From assembly GCA_029762535.1 (NCBI GenBank), contig JARVGK010000051.1, forward strand, positions 1 through 11,972: a stretch of 11,972 bases of DNA, written 5' to 3'. The notes beneath the pieces are model-generated. The model searched no databases, was not told the origin of the DNA, and worked only from the letters and a program-made list of their open reading frames with translations. The stretch is from Thermoplasmatota archaeon. GTDB taxonomy: Archaea; Thermoplasmatota; Penumbrarchaeia; Penumbrarchaeales; Penumbrarchaeaceae. Shown here in pieces: positions 1-7,651 of this stretch (position 1 is its first letter; each line of letters opens with the position of its first letter). A program made the position numbers and the translations under genes.

Positions 1-27
1 GGTTATCGTTTCTTCGAGGGAAAAAAA

Positions 28-519
28 ATGATCAAAAAGAACATCGAGAAAGCGATCAACGACCAGATAAACGAGGAGATGTTCTCCTCGTACCTGTACC
101 TGTCCATGGCGGCACATTTCGAGAGCGAGAACCTGCCGGGAATGGCAAAATGGATGAGGGTCCAGTCCCAGGAGGAAACGGCTCACGCCATGAAGTTCTT
201 CGACTATCTGGTATCCAGGGGTGGCAACGTCAACTTAAAGGCCATAGCTCAGCCGGAGAAGCAGTGGAAAAGTCCTCTTGCCGCTTTCGAGGCAGCCTAC
301 AAACACGAGCAGCATATCACCGGATGCATCGAGAAGATGGTGGACCTGGCCCAGAAGGAGAAGGACCACGCCACCTACAACATGCTGCAGTGGTTCATTG
401 ACGAGCAGGTCGAGGAGGAGGAGAACGCCGATGGGATAGTCCAGCGACTCAAGATGATAAAGGACAATCCCGGAATGCTCTTCATGATGGACCATAACCT
501 GGGCCAGAGAAAGGAATGA
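28..519 (+). CDS. ftnA: Non-heme ferritin (prokaryotic Ftn)
   Basis: 163 aa; full ferroxidase-centre set at canonical positions (E17, Y24, E50, H53, E94, Q127, E129/E130); motifs QINEEMFSSYLYLSM and WFIDEQVEEE. Confidence 0.95.
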   Translation: MIKKNIEKAINDQINEEMFSSYLYLSMAAHFESENLPGMAKWMRVQSQEETAHAMKFFDYLVSRGGNVNLKAIAQPEKQWKSPLAAFEAAYKHEQHITGCIEKMVDLAQKEKDHATYNMLQWFIDEQVEEEENADGIVQRLKMIKDNPGMLFMMDHNLGQRKE

Positions 520-563
520 GCCGATATACCCATCGATAGGGAGCATAGAATGGATGTGATCGA

Positions 564-1055
564 TTGGACCTCACCGGATTCTCAATAAAGGACATTCTGG
601 AGACCGCGATAAAGAGCGAGGTGGAGGCAAAGGCCATGTACCTGGCGCTTGCGGATTCCACCAAGGACGCGTTCCTCGCCGACAGGCTCAAGTTCATAGC
701 GGGCGAGGAGATGAAGCACAAGGTGTATCTCGAGGGCCTGTACAAGCTCACTACGGGGGTTGAGGATCCAAAACTCCCCGAGAGATCCATAGTCCCCCTG
801 CCGGAGGTGAGGATCGAGAAGGGCATGGTCATGGCGAGCGAGGTGATATCCCAGGCCATGACCACGGAGATAGCAGCCTCCGACTTCTACCTCGCCATGG
901 CCGAGATGATAGGCGACCAGGAGAACGCCAGAACGCTCAGGTACCTCTCGAACATGGAGATGGGGCATCACAACTTGTTATCCGTAGAGAGGGACCGCCT
1001 TCTGGAGCAGGAGGATTACGAGTTCGAGTGGCCAATGATGCATGCCGGCCCATGA
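564..1055 (+). CDS. Ferritin-like (rubrerythrin-family) diiron protein without a rubredoxin domain
   Basis: Duplicated E...ExxH pattern (AIKSEVEAKAMY, EEMKH, AMTTEIAASDFY, MEMGH); TTG start preceded by SD-like GGATGTGAT (552-560); tail EDYEFEWPMMHAGP. Confidence 0.85.
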   Translation: MDLTGFSIKDILETAIKSEVEAKAMYLALADSTKDAFLADRLKFIAGEEMKHKVYLEGLYKLTTGVEDPKLPERSIVPLPEVRIEKGMVMASEVISQAMTTEIAASDFYLAMAEMIGDQENARTLRYLSNMEMGHHNLLSVERDRLLEQEDYEFEWPMMHAGP

Positions 1056-1103
1056 CCATCATCCTTATGTGCGAGATGGGTAATCACTTCCTGATATGGA
1101 GCG

Positions 1104-1685
1104 ATGTCCATGAACAGCATAAAGGGAACAAGGACCGAGAAGAACCTGCTGGCCTCCTTCGCCGGGGAATCCCAGGCGAGGAACCGATACAACATGTTCG
1201 CCTCCGCCGCCGCAAAGGAGGGGCTGGAGCAGATAGCGGACTTCTTCAATCAGACCGCCGACAACGAGAGGCTGCACGCCAAGGCCTTCTTCAAGTACCT
1301 CGAGGGGGGAGAGGTGGAGATCTGCGCCTCCTATCCTGCGGGAAGGATCGGCAGCACGGCCGAGAACCTCAAGGCCGCCGCCGAGGGGGAGAACATGGAG
1401 CACACCGTCCTGTATCCCGAGGCCGCGAGGATCGCCGAGGAGGAGGGTTTCCCGCAGATAGCATGTCTCTTCAATCTCATCTCTGGAGTGGAGGTAGAGC
1501 ACGAAAAGCGCTACCGAAAGCTTCTGGAGAACCTTGAAAAAGGCAGGGTCTTTTCGAGGGAGGAAGGGACCAGGTGGGTGTGCAGGAAGTGCGGATACGT
1601 TCACGTCGGCAGGGAAGCGCCCAAGGTTTGCCCCCTCTGCGCCCATCCCCAGGCCTACTTCGAGCTCGAATGCGATAATTACTGA
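1104..1685 (+). CDS. rbr: Rubrerythrin
   Basis: TEKNLLASFAGESQARNRY, NERLHA, GENMEH, VEVEHEKRY diiron motifs plus C-terminal WVCRKCGY...CPLCAHP rubredoxin-like site. Start may be ATG 1110, better spaced from GGAG at 1098-1101. Confidence 0.96.
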   Translation: MSMNSIKGTRTEKNLLASFAGESQARNRYNMFASAAAKEGLEQIADFFNQTADNERLHAKAFFKYLEGGEVEICASYPAGRIGSTAENLKAAAEGENMEHTVLYPEAARIAEEEGFPQIACLFNLISGVEVEHEKRYRKLLENLEKGRVFSREEGTRWVCRKCGYVHVGREAPKVCPLCAHPQAYFELECDNY

Positions 1686-1736
1686 AGGCGACCGCCACAT
1701 ACATCTATCGGATGGTCCATAGACCGTACGATCACA

Positions 1737-3749
1737 ATGAGCCCGTACGATATCAGGGACCCGTCCGCGCAGCGGGCCTACATGATGGCCAATGAGGCCA
1801 TCGTCAGGGCATGCCTGGAATCCGATGTCAAGGTGTTCGCATCCTATCCCGGTTCGCCAACCACCGAGATCCTCGACACCTTTGAACGTATATGTAACGA
1901 CATGGACGTGAGAATGGACATATCCGCCAACGAGAAGGTGGCACTCGAGACCGCAGTGGGCGCCGCCATGGTCGGATGCAGGTCCTTCTGCTCGATGAAG
2001 AGCGTTGGCATGAACGTCGCCTCGGACGCACTATATGTCATGGCCTACACCGGAGTGCGATCCGGATGCGTGGTCCTTCTTGCCGATGACCCTCACGCCC
2101 ACTCCTCTCAGTCGGAACAGGACGGCAGATGGTATGGATACAACTCGTACCTGCCCATGCTCGATCCCTCCGATCCCCAGGAGGCCTACGAGATGGTCAA
2201 GTTCGCCTACGCCCTCTCCGAGAGGTACGGAACTATCGTCCTTCTCAGGACAACCACGAGGATCAACCATCAGAGTGCGGTCGTGGGGACCTCGGAGATG
2301 AGATGGACCTCCTTTTCAAAGGTCAACTGGAAGGACAACAGAAGGAACTATTCCGCCGTCGGGGAGCTCGCAAGGAAGGGAAAAATGAGGCTTCTGGAGA
2401 CCATCGGGAGGATCGCCGACGATACGCGGATGACATCGTTCAATCGCATTGAGCATTTCGACGGTTACGCGCTGAAAAAGGGGGGTCCGGGAAGGTCCGA
2501 TGGATACACCTTCGGGATCGCGACATCGGGGATCAGCTATCAGTACGTCCTCGAGGCGCTGATGAGGCTCAAGATAAAGGCGAGGATACTTAAGATCGGC
2601 ATGATCAACCCGATGCCCGTGGCTCTGATCTCAGGATTCCTCGAAGGGATCGATGACCTCATCGTGGTCGAGGAGCTATCCCCGTACCTCGAGACCTTCA
2701 TAGCATCGGCCGCTCAAGGATCCTTCTCAGGCCTGAGGATATACGGGAAGAGGACCGGTCACCTCTCGGAGTTCTCCGAACTCGACGTTCCATTGGTCCA
2801 GAGGGCTATCGCTAACGTGACCGGGGCTGAGATACCCTTCGACCACCTCGAGCATCTAAAGAGCATGGGTTCCATCGCAGACGGGATCCCCATGAGGCCC
2901 CCTGTCTTCTGCGCGGGCTGTCCTCACAGGGGAACCTTCACGGCGCTGAGGATGGCATTGGGGGACAAGGGCAAGGTCTATCTTTCGAACGATATCGGCT
3001 GTTACACGATGCTCGTTCTCCCTCCCTTTTCATGGTCCGACTCCCAGCTTTGTATGGGATCCTCCCTGGGCATAGCCGCAGGGGTTGATCTCGCCGCCGA
3101 GGAGGACGTCGTATCGGTCATAGGGGATTCTACCTTCTTTCACGCGGGACTGCCAGGCCTGGTGAACGCGGTTCACAACGGCCATGACCTCACACTTCTG
3201 ATCCTCGACAACTCCGTGACGGCCATGACAGGGCAGCAGAGCCATCCAGGGACCGAGGACGCCGCCGGAGGCAGAAAGGGGATCAAGATAGACATAGAGG
3301 GGGCCCTAAGAGGTGTGGGCGTTTCGGATATAACCGTTATCGATCCTTTCCAGATAAGAAAGAGCATCGGACCGATGAAGGAAGCCCTCAAGAGAAGCGG
3401 CGTGAGGGCCATAATATCCAGGGGAGAGTGCGCCCTCTATCATTTCAGGAGATACCGCCGCTCCGGAGCAAGGACGGTACCTTTCTTCATCGATCAGGAG
3501 AAGTGCAGGAAGCCCTACAACTGCATCAAGGACTTCATGTGCCCCGCAATTTCCCTCGGTCCCGACAGGATCCCCGTCATATCGCCCCATATCTGCGTAG
3601 GATGCGGGGAATGCGCCCAGCTTTGCGGTTTCGGTTCCATCAGGTCCACCGCCGTCCTCAAGGGCGGAGAGGACAGAGTGTATTACACTCCGGAGGACTA
3701 CGGGAAGCTCAAGGAAGCAACGACCAAGAGTGAGGAGGTGGAAAGATGA
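1737..3749 (+). CDS. iorA: Indolepyruvate:ferredoxin oxidoreductase, alpha subunit
   Basis: YPGSPTTEI, NEKVALE, MKSVGMNVASD, SSQSEQD, RPPVFCAGCPHR, DIGCY, TPP motif GDSTFFH...N, AMTGQQ and a C-terminal ferredoxin domain. Confidence 0.95.
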   Translation: MSPYDIRDPSAQRAYMMANEAIVRACLESDVKVFASYPGSPTTEILDTFERICNDMDVRMDISANEKVALETAVGAAMVGCRSFCSMKSVGMNVASDALYVMAYTGVRSGCVVLLADDPHAHSSQSEQDGRWYGYNSYLPMLDPSDPQEAYEMVKFAYALSERYGTIVLLRTTTRINHQSAVVGTSEMRWTSFSKVNWKDNRRNYSAVGELARKGKMRLLETIGRIADDTRMTSFNRIEHFDGYALKKGGPGRSDGYTFGIATSGISYQYVLEALMRLKIKARILKIGMINPMPVALISGFLEGIDDLIVVEELSPYLETFIASAAQGSFSGLRIYGKRTGHLSEFSELDVPLVQRAIANVTGAEIPFDHLEHLKSMGSIADGIPMRPPVFCAGCPHRGTFTALRMALGDKGKVYLSNDIGCYTMLVLPPFSWSDSQLCMGSSLGIAAGVDLAAEEDVVSVIGDSTFFHAGLPGLVNAVHNGHDLTLLILDNSVTAMTGQQSHPGTEDAAGGRKGIKIDIEGALRGVGVSDITVIDPFQIRKSIGPMKEALKRSGVRAIISRGECALYHFRRYRRSGARTVPFFIDQEKCRKPYNCIKDFMCPAISLGPDRIPVISPHICVGCGECAQLCGFGSIRSTAVLKGGEDRVYYTPEDYGKLKEATTKSEEVER

Positions 3750-4372
3750 AAGGCGCTTTCAACGTCCTGTACTGCGGAGTGGGGGGTCAGGGGGTCGTTC
3801 TCATGGCGAACATCATCGGCAGGGCCTGCGCCTCAGAGGGCATCAAGGTCATATCGGGAGAACTGCACGGGCTCTCCCAGAGGAGCGGTTCCGTTCATGT
3901 GCATCAGAGAATGGGGGACGATGTCCGATCCCCGCTCATCCCCTACGGTGAATGCGATGTCGTGCTCGCGCTAGAGCCGATAGAGGCCTTGAGGTACGCT
4001 TATTTCCTCAAGAGAGGCGGGACAGTTGTGACCAGCACCGTTGTGATACATCCACCGGCTGAGACCAGCATGATCGTCAGAGGTGAGAAGGAGCGGTATA
4101 TGGAATACGAGGACGTCTCTTCGGCACTGGTCTCCTCCGGCATGATCGTCTACGGTATCGATCCGTTGAGCATCGCCATGGAAGCCGGAGAACCCCAGGC
4201 CGAGAACGTTGTCATGGTCGGAGCCCTCTGCGCGCTGGAGGGGTCCCCTGTATCCAAGAAGGCCGTGTTCAGTGCGGTGGCCGACTCTGTACCGGCGAAG
4301 ACAAAAGAGGTGAACCTCCGCGCTTTTGATATGGGTTATCTGGAGCTGTCAAAGCGTTTGCGCAAATTATAA
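3746..4372 (+). CDS. iorB: Indolepyruvate:ferredoxin oxidoreductase, beta subunit
   Basis: GVGGQGVV, ELHGLSQRSGSV, LEPIEALR, NVVMVGAL, NLRAF; ATGA overlap with iorA; SD GGAGGTG at 3734-3740. Confidence 0.94.
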   Translation: MKGAFNVLYCGVGGQGVVLMANIIGRACASEGIKVISGELHGLSQRSGSVHVHQRMGDDVRSPLIPYGECDVVLALEPIEALRYAYFLKRGGTVVTSTVVIHPPAETSMIVRGEKERYMEYEDVSSALVSSGMIVYGIDPLSIAMEAGEPQAENVVMVGALCALEGSPVSKKAVFSAVADSVPAKTKEVNLRAFDMGYLELSKRLRKL

Positions 4373-4374
4373 AT
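4367..4374 (+). promoter_or_regulatory. Putative archaeal TATA box for rubredoxin, overlapping the iorB last codon and stop
   Basis: TTATAAAT preceded by BRE-like CGCAAA, ending about 45 nt upstream of the rubredoxin ATG; SD GGAGGT at 4407-4412 lies between. Confidence 0.55.
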
Positions 4375-4419
4375 CCGTACGCAAGCATCCGAGGACAGTG
4401 AAAAATGGAGGTTGCTCAA

Positions 4420-4581
4420 ATGGCTTCGAAGTGGAGATGCATGGCTTGCGGTTACATCTACGATCCGGCGAACGGGGATCCCGACGCCGGGATCGCTTCC
4501 GGGACCTCTTTCGAGGACCTTCCCGATGATTGGGTATGCCCGATATGCGGCGTGGGCAAGGACATGTTCGAAGAGGTCTGA
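4420..4581 (+). CDS. Rubredoxin (53 aa; not in the supplied ORF track)
   Basis: Manual translation: [53 protein letters not shown]; CxxCGYxYD and [11 protein letters not shown] signatures; SD GGAGGT at 4407-4412. Confidence 0.97.
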   Translation: MASKWRCMACGYIYDPANGDPDAGIASGTSFEDLPDDWVCPICGVGKDMFEEV

Positions 4582-4659
4582 TCCTCTTATGTGTCCCGGT
4601 CCAGTTCAAAGCATCGCGATGATGCATCCCTATAGAACCAAGTGCAGGTGAGTGTGAAC

Positions 4660-6312
4660 ATGACAAGCGATCCCTTCACTTTCCTCGTCGGCGGAAAGGC
4701 CGGGGAGGGTGTAAAATCCGCCGCCGGGTCGGCGGCGGACCTGTTCTCTGAAATGGGAAGGCACGTCTTCCAGATGGACGATTATCAGAGCCTGATAAGA
4801 GGCGGGCATAATTTCTCGATGGTCAGCTCGGACATCGAGCCGATCTGGAGCCATCATTCGAAGGCGGACCTGATCGTTTGCCTCGACCAGAAAAGCTACG
4901 ACCTCCACAAGGAGCATGTGTCCGACAGGGGACTCGTGGTATTGAACGAGGGGGCGGTCGAAGGGGAAGGCGCCTTCGTCCCGCTCATCAAGGAGGCGAG
5001 GAAATATCCCAAGCCCGAATTGAGATTGGGCCTTGGAGCATTCACTGTCCTTTGCGCCGTCATGGGCATGCCCGAGGACGATCTGAAACGCATACTCGAG
5101 AGGGAATACCCAAAGGACAGGGAGGTCAATCTGGCATACGGCCTGTCCATATATCATGCCACAAATGAGAGCGTGGGCCAGAGGTTCGATCCCAGACCAG
5201 GGACCTTCAAAGGGTCCAGGATCCTAACGGGAAACGAGGCGATAGCCCTTGGCGCGGCCTCGGCCGGGCTCGATGTCTACTACGCCTATCCGATGACCCC
5301 CTCATCATCCATACTGCATTACCTGGCCGCCCATGACAGGGACCTCGGTGTGGAGGTGGTCCACGCCGAATCCGAGATCGCGGTCATCAACATGGCCATC
5401 GGTTCCACCTACGTAGGTGCCAGGGCGATGGTGGGGACAAGCGGTGGAGGATTCGCCCTCATGGACGAGGCCATATCCCTCGCGGGCATGGTGGAATCGC
5501 CCATACTCTCGATCCTTTCATCAAGGCCAGGCCCCTCCACGGGCGTCCCCACGTACACCGCTCAAGCCGATCTGGACTTCGCTCTGGGAAGGGGTTTCGG
5601 CGAGTTCCCGCAGATCGTAGCCTCCCCGGGGTCGGTCGAGGAGGCGTTCTATCTCGCATCGGAGATGCTCGACCTCGTCTGGAGGTTCCAGACCCCTGGG
5701 ATCATACTCACCGAGAAGCATCTGTCGGAGAGCGCCATGAACGTGAAACTGGATGTGGAGAGGGCATCCTATCCCCAGCCGCTCATGCATACATCGGGCG
5801 AATACAAGCGTTATTCCCTGACCGATAACGGCATATCCCCTCTTCTGTTCCCGCCCTCCCCCCAGATGATAAAATGGAACAGCTACGAGCATGACGAGGC
5901 GGGGATCACGACCGAGGATGCAGGGACCATAGAGAAGATGGCGGACAAGAGGCTCGCCAAGGAGAAGGCCCTCATCAGGCAGATGATCGGGATGAGAACG
6001 GTCAATACGTTCGGGGGCGGCCCCGTGATAATGACCTACGGCTCCACGACCATGTCGGTCATGGAGGCCCTGAGGATCTCCGGGATCGAGGCGAAGGTGA
6101 TACAGCCGGTATATCTCAGACCGTTCCCCGTCTGGGAGATGAAGGCATACATGAAAGAGAGTCCCGTGGTCGTGGAACAGAGCTGTTCAGGGATGTTCGC
6201 AAGGCTACTCAGGGAGAAGGCCGGGATAACGGCATCTCATGTCATAAGACGATACGACGGCAGGCCCTTCGATCCGAAAGAGCTGTCAGAACGACTGAAG
6301 GAGATGATCTGA
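4660..6312 (+). CDS. 2-oxoacid:acceptor (ferredoxin) oxidoreductase, alpha subunit (gamma-alpha fusion, KorA/OorA type); substrate unknown
   Basis: GGKAGEGV, YQSLIRGGHNF, GNEAIALGA, YPMTP, AESEIA, TSGGGFALM, RPGPSTGVPT, YDGRPF. ATG 4660 preferred over GTG 4642 because AGGTGA (4646-4651) is a well spaced SD. Confidence 0.92.
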   Translation: MTSDPFTFLVGGKAGEGVKSAAGSAADLFSEMGRHVFQMDDYQSLIRGGHNFSMVSSDIEPIWSHHSKADLIVCLDQKSYDLHKEHVSDRGLVVLNEGAVEGEGAFVPLIKEARKYPKPELRLGLGAFTVLCAVMGMPEDDLKRILEREYPKDREVNLAYGLSIYHATNESVGQRFDPRPGTFKGSRILTGNEAIALGAASAGLDVYYAYPMTPSSSILHYLAAHDRDLGVEVVHAESEIAVINMAIGSTYVGARAMVGTSGGGFALMDEAISLAGMVESPILSILSSRPGPSTGVPTYTAQADLDFALGRGFGEFPQIVASPGSVEEAFYLASEMLDLVWRFQTPGIILTEKHLSESAMNVKLDVERASYPQPLMHTSGEYKRYSLTDNGISPLLFPPSPQMIKWNSYEHDEAGITTEDAGTIEKMADKRLAKEKALIRQMIGMRTVNTFGGGPVIMTYGSTTMSVMEALRISGIEAKVIQPVYLRPFPVWEMKAYMKESPVVVEQSCSGMFARLLREKAGITASHVIRRYDGRPFDPKELSERLKEMI

Positions 6313-7136
6313 TGGACGATCTGACAACCTATGCCTCGAACACCTGGTGCGTAGGCTGCGGCGACTTCGGCATATTCCAGGCTATAAAGGACGCTGTGAA
6401 GAGGCTCGAGGGTCTGGGTATAGGACGGGACCGTCTTATCATGACGGCCGGGATCGGCTGCCACGGAAAGATATTCGATTATCTTGCGCTGTCAGGCTTC
6501 TATTCCCTGCACGGGAGGGCCGTCTCCACCGCGCAGGGCATAAAGATAGCGAACCCCGATCTCTCGGTGATATGCTTCGAGGGCGACGGCTCCGCCTTCG
6601 GCGAGGGCATCGAGCATTTGATATTCGCGGCCAAGCGAAACATCGATGTGACCGTCTTCCTGCACCACAATTCAGTGTACGGCCTGACCACGGGACAGGC
6701 CAGCCCTTTGAGCGAAAAGGGCTTCCGAGGACGCTCCACCCCCAGGGGATCCCAGGATCCCCCGCTCGATCCCGTCACCCTGATGCTGGATTCCGGGGCG
6801 AGCTTCATAGGACGGGGATACACGGCAAAACTGCCCCAGCTTACGGACCTCATGGTCAAGGCCATACTCCACAAGGGTTTCTCCTTCGTGGACATCATAC
6901 AGCCCTGCGTCTCTTTCAACAACACCTACACGAAGTACGCCCCGATCGTCGAGGATCTGGACAGGCCCGCCTCAACCAGGGAGGAGGCGTGGATGATAGC
7001 CCAGAGGAAGGACAAGGTTCCTTTGGGGGTCATTTACGGATCCAAGGAAGCGCCCTGGGAGAGGCAGGTCCCCAAAGGAGGACAGATGTCCAAGGAAGAG
7101 AGGCACAAAAGGATAAGGTCGCTTCTCGGGGCGTGA
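6312..7136 (+). CDS. 2-oxoacid:acceptor oxidoreductase, beta (TPP-binding) subunit
   Basis: WCVGCGDF, GIGCHGK, LHGRA, GDG...N TPP motif, YGLTTGQASP, QPCVSFN; TGATG overlap with the alpha gene. Confidence 0.93.
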   Translation: MDDLTTYASNTWCVGCGDFGIFQAIKDAVKRLEGLGIGRDRLIMTAGIGCHGKIFDYLALSGFYSLHGRAVSTAQGIKIANPDLSVICFEGDGSAFGEGIEHLIFAAKRNIDVTVFLHHNSVYGLTTGQASPLSEKGFRGRSTPRGSQDPPLDPVTLMLDSGASFIGRGYTAKLPQLTDLMVKAILHKGFSFVDIIQPCVSFNNTYTKYAPIVEDLDRPASTREEAWMIAQRKDKVPLGVIYGSKEAPWERQVPKGGQMSKEERHKRIRSLLGA

Positions 7137-7138
7137 AG

Positions 7139-7146
7139 TTTTATCT
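7139..7146 (+). promoter_or_regulatory. Possible TATA-like box for a leaderless GNAT transcript and/or T-rich terminator of the beta gene
   Basis: TTTTATCT ends about 25 nt upstream of ATG 7172; no SD in front of the GNAT. Confidence 0.3.
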
Positions 7147-7171
7147 TTGTGTTCATGGTTGATGTTCTCGC

Positions 7172-7648
7172 ATGATGGTCATCCGGAACGATATAAGGCC
7201 AGGGGACCTTGGATCGCTGGTCCGGCTGCACGGGGTGATCTACCGGGACGAATACGGCTTCGATCATGTGTTCGAATCCTACGTGGGAGAGTACATGTCA
7301 AGAACCTTCCGAGAACTCCGCGAAGGGGAGAGGGTATGGATCGTCGAGGATGGCGGAGAGGTCCTTGGATGCATAGCGATCGTCAGGCACACTGACGACC
7401 AGGCCCAGCTCAGATGGTTCCTCCTTCATCCAAAGGTCCGGGGGAAGGGTATCGGCAGGAGTTTGCTCGATGCGGCCCTGGATTTCGCCAGGGTATCCGG
7501 ATATTCCTCGGTTTTCCTCCTTACCGAAAGCGTGCTGGAGGTGGCGGCATCGCTCTATCAAAAGGCCGGGTTCGAGCTGACATGGGAGAGAAGGGAGAGG
7601 AAATGGGGAAGCGGCCTCATCCGGCAGAGATACGATCTCATGTTATAG
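7172..7648 (+). CDS. GNAT-family N-acetyltransferase
   Basis: Acetyl-CoA motif LHPKVRGKGIGRSL, AQLRWFLL and AASLYQKAGF; N-terminus RPGDLGSLVRLHGVIY resembles the GNAT half of MarR-GNAT fusion proteins. Confidence 0.9.
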   Translation: MMVIRNDIRPGDLGSLVRLHGVIYRDEYGFDHVFESYVGEYMSRTFRELREGERVWIVEDGGEVLGCIAIVRHTDDQAQLRWFLLHPKVRGKGIGRSLLDAALDFARVSGYSSVFLLTESVLEVAASLYQKAGFELTWERRERKWGSGLIRQRYDLML

Positions 7649-7651
7649 TGT

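Noticed and set aside
21-28. A8 run ending in the ferritin start codon
   Set aside because: A-rich spacers before start codons are ordinary, and upstream context is cut by the window edge.
564-1055. Encapsulin cargo interpretation of the ferritin-like protein
   Set aside because: No encapsulin gene in the window and no LxVGSL-like targeting peptide.
150-1722. Antisense and off-frame ORFs across the ferritin/rubrerythrin genes (e.g. 1065-1700 -, 1028-1537 +)
   Set aside because: Explained by codon bias of the well-supported genes.
1704-1723. Weak hairpin TCTAT-C-GGA-TGG-TCC-ATAGA between rbr and iorA
   Set aside because: Bulged stem, 3-nt loop and no T-tract; insufficient to call a terminator.
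4612-4628. Abutting palindromes CATCGCGATG and GATGCATC before the alpha gene
   Set aside because: Short, no repeat elsewhere seen; ATCG/GATC-type palindromes are common throughout the window.
4326-4666. ORFs 4326-4529 (+), 4412-4651 (+) and 4367-4666 (-)
   Set aside because: All overlap the real rubredoxin gene in other frames and lack recognisable motifs.
6347-7162. 271-aa alternative-frame ORF over the beta subunit
   Set aside because: Arg/Pro/Gly-rich shadow ORF typical of GC-rich coding DNA; no motifs.
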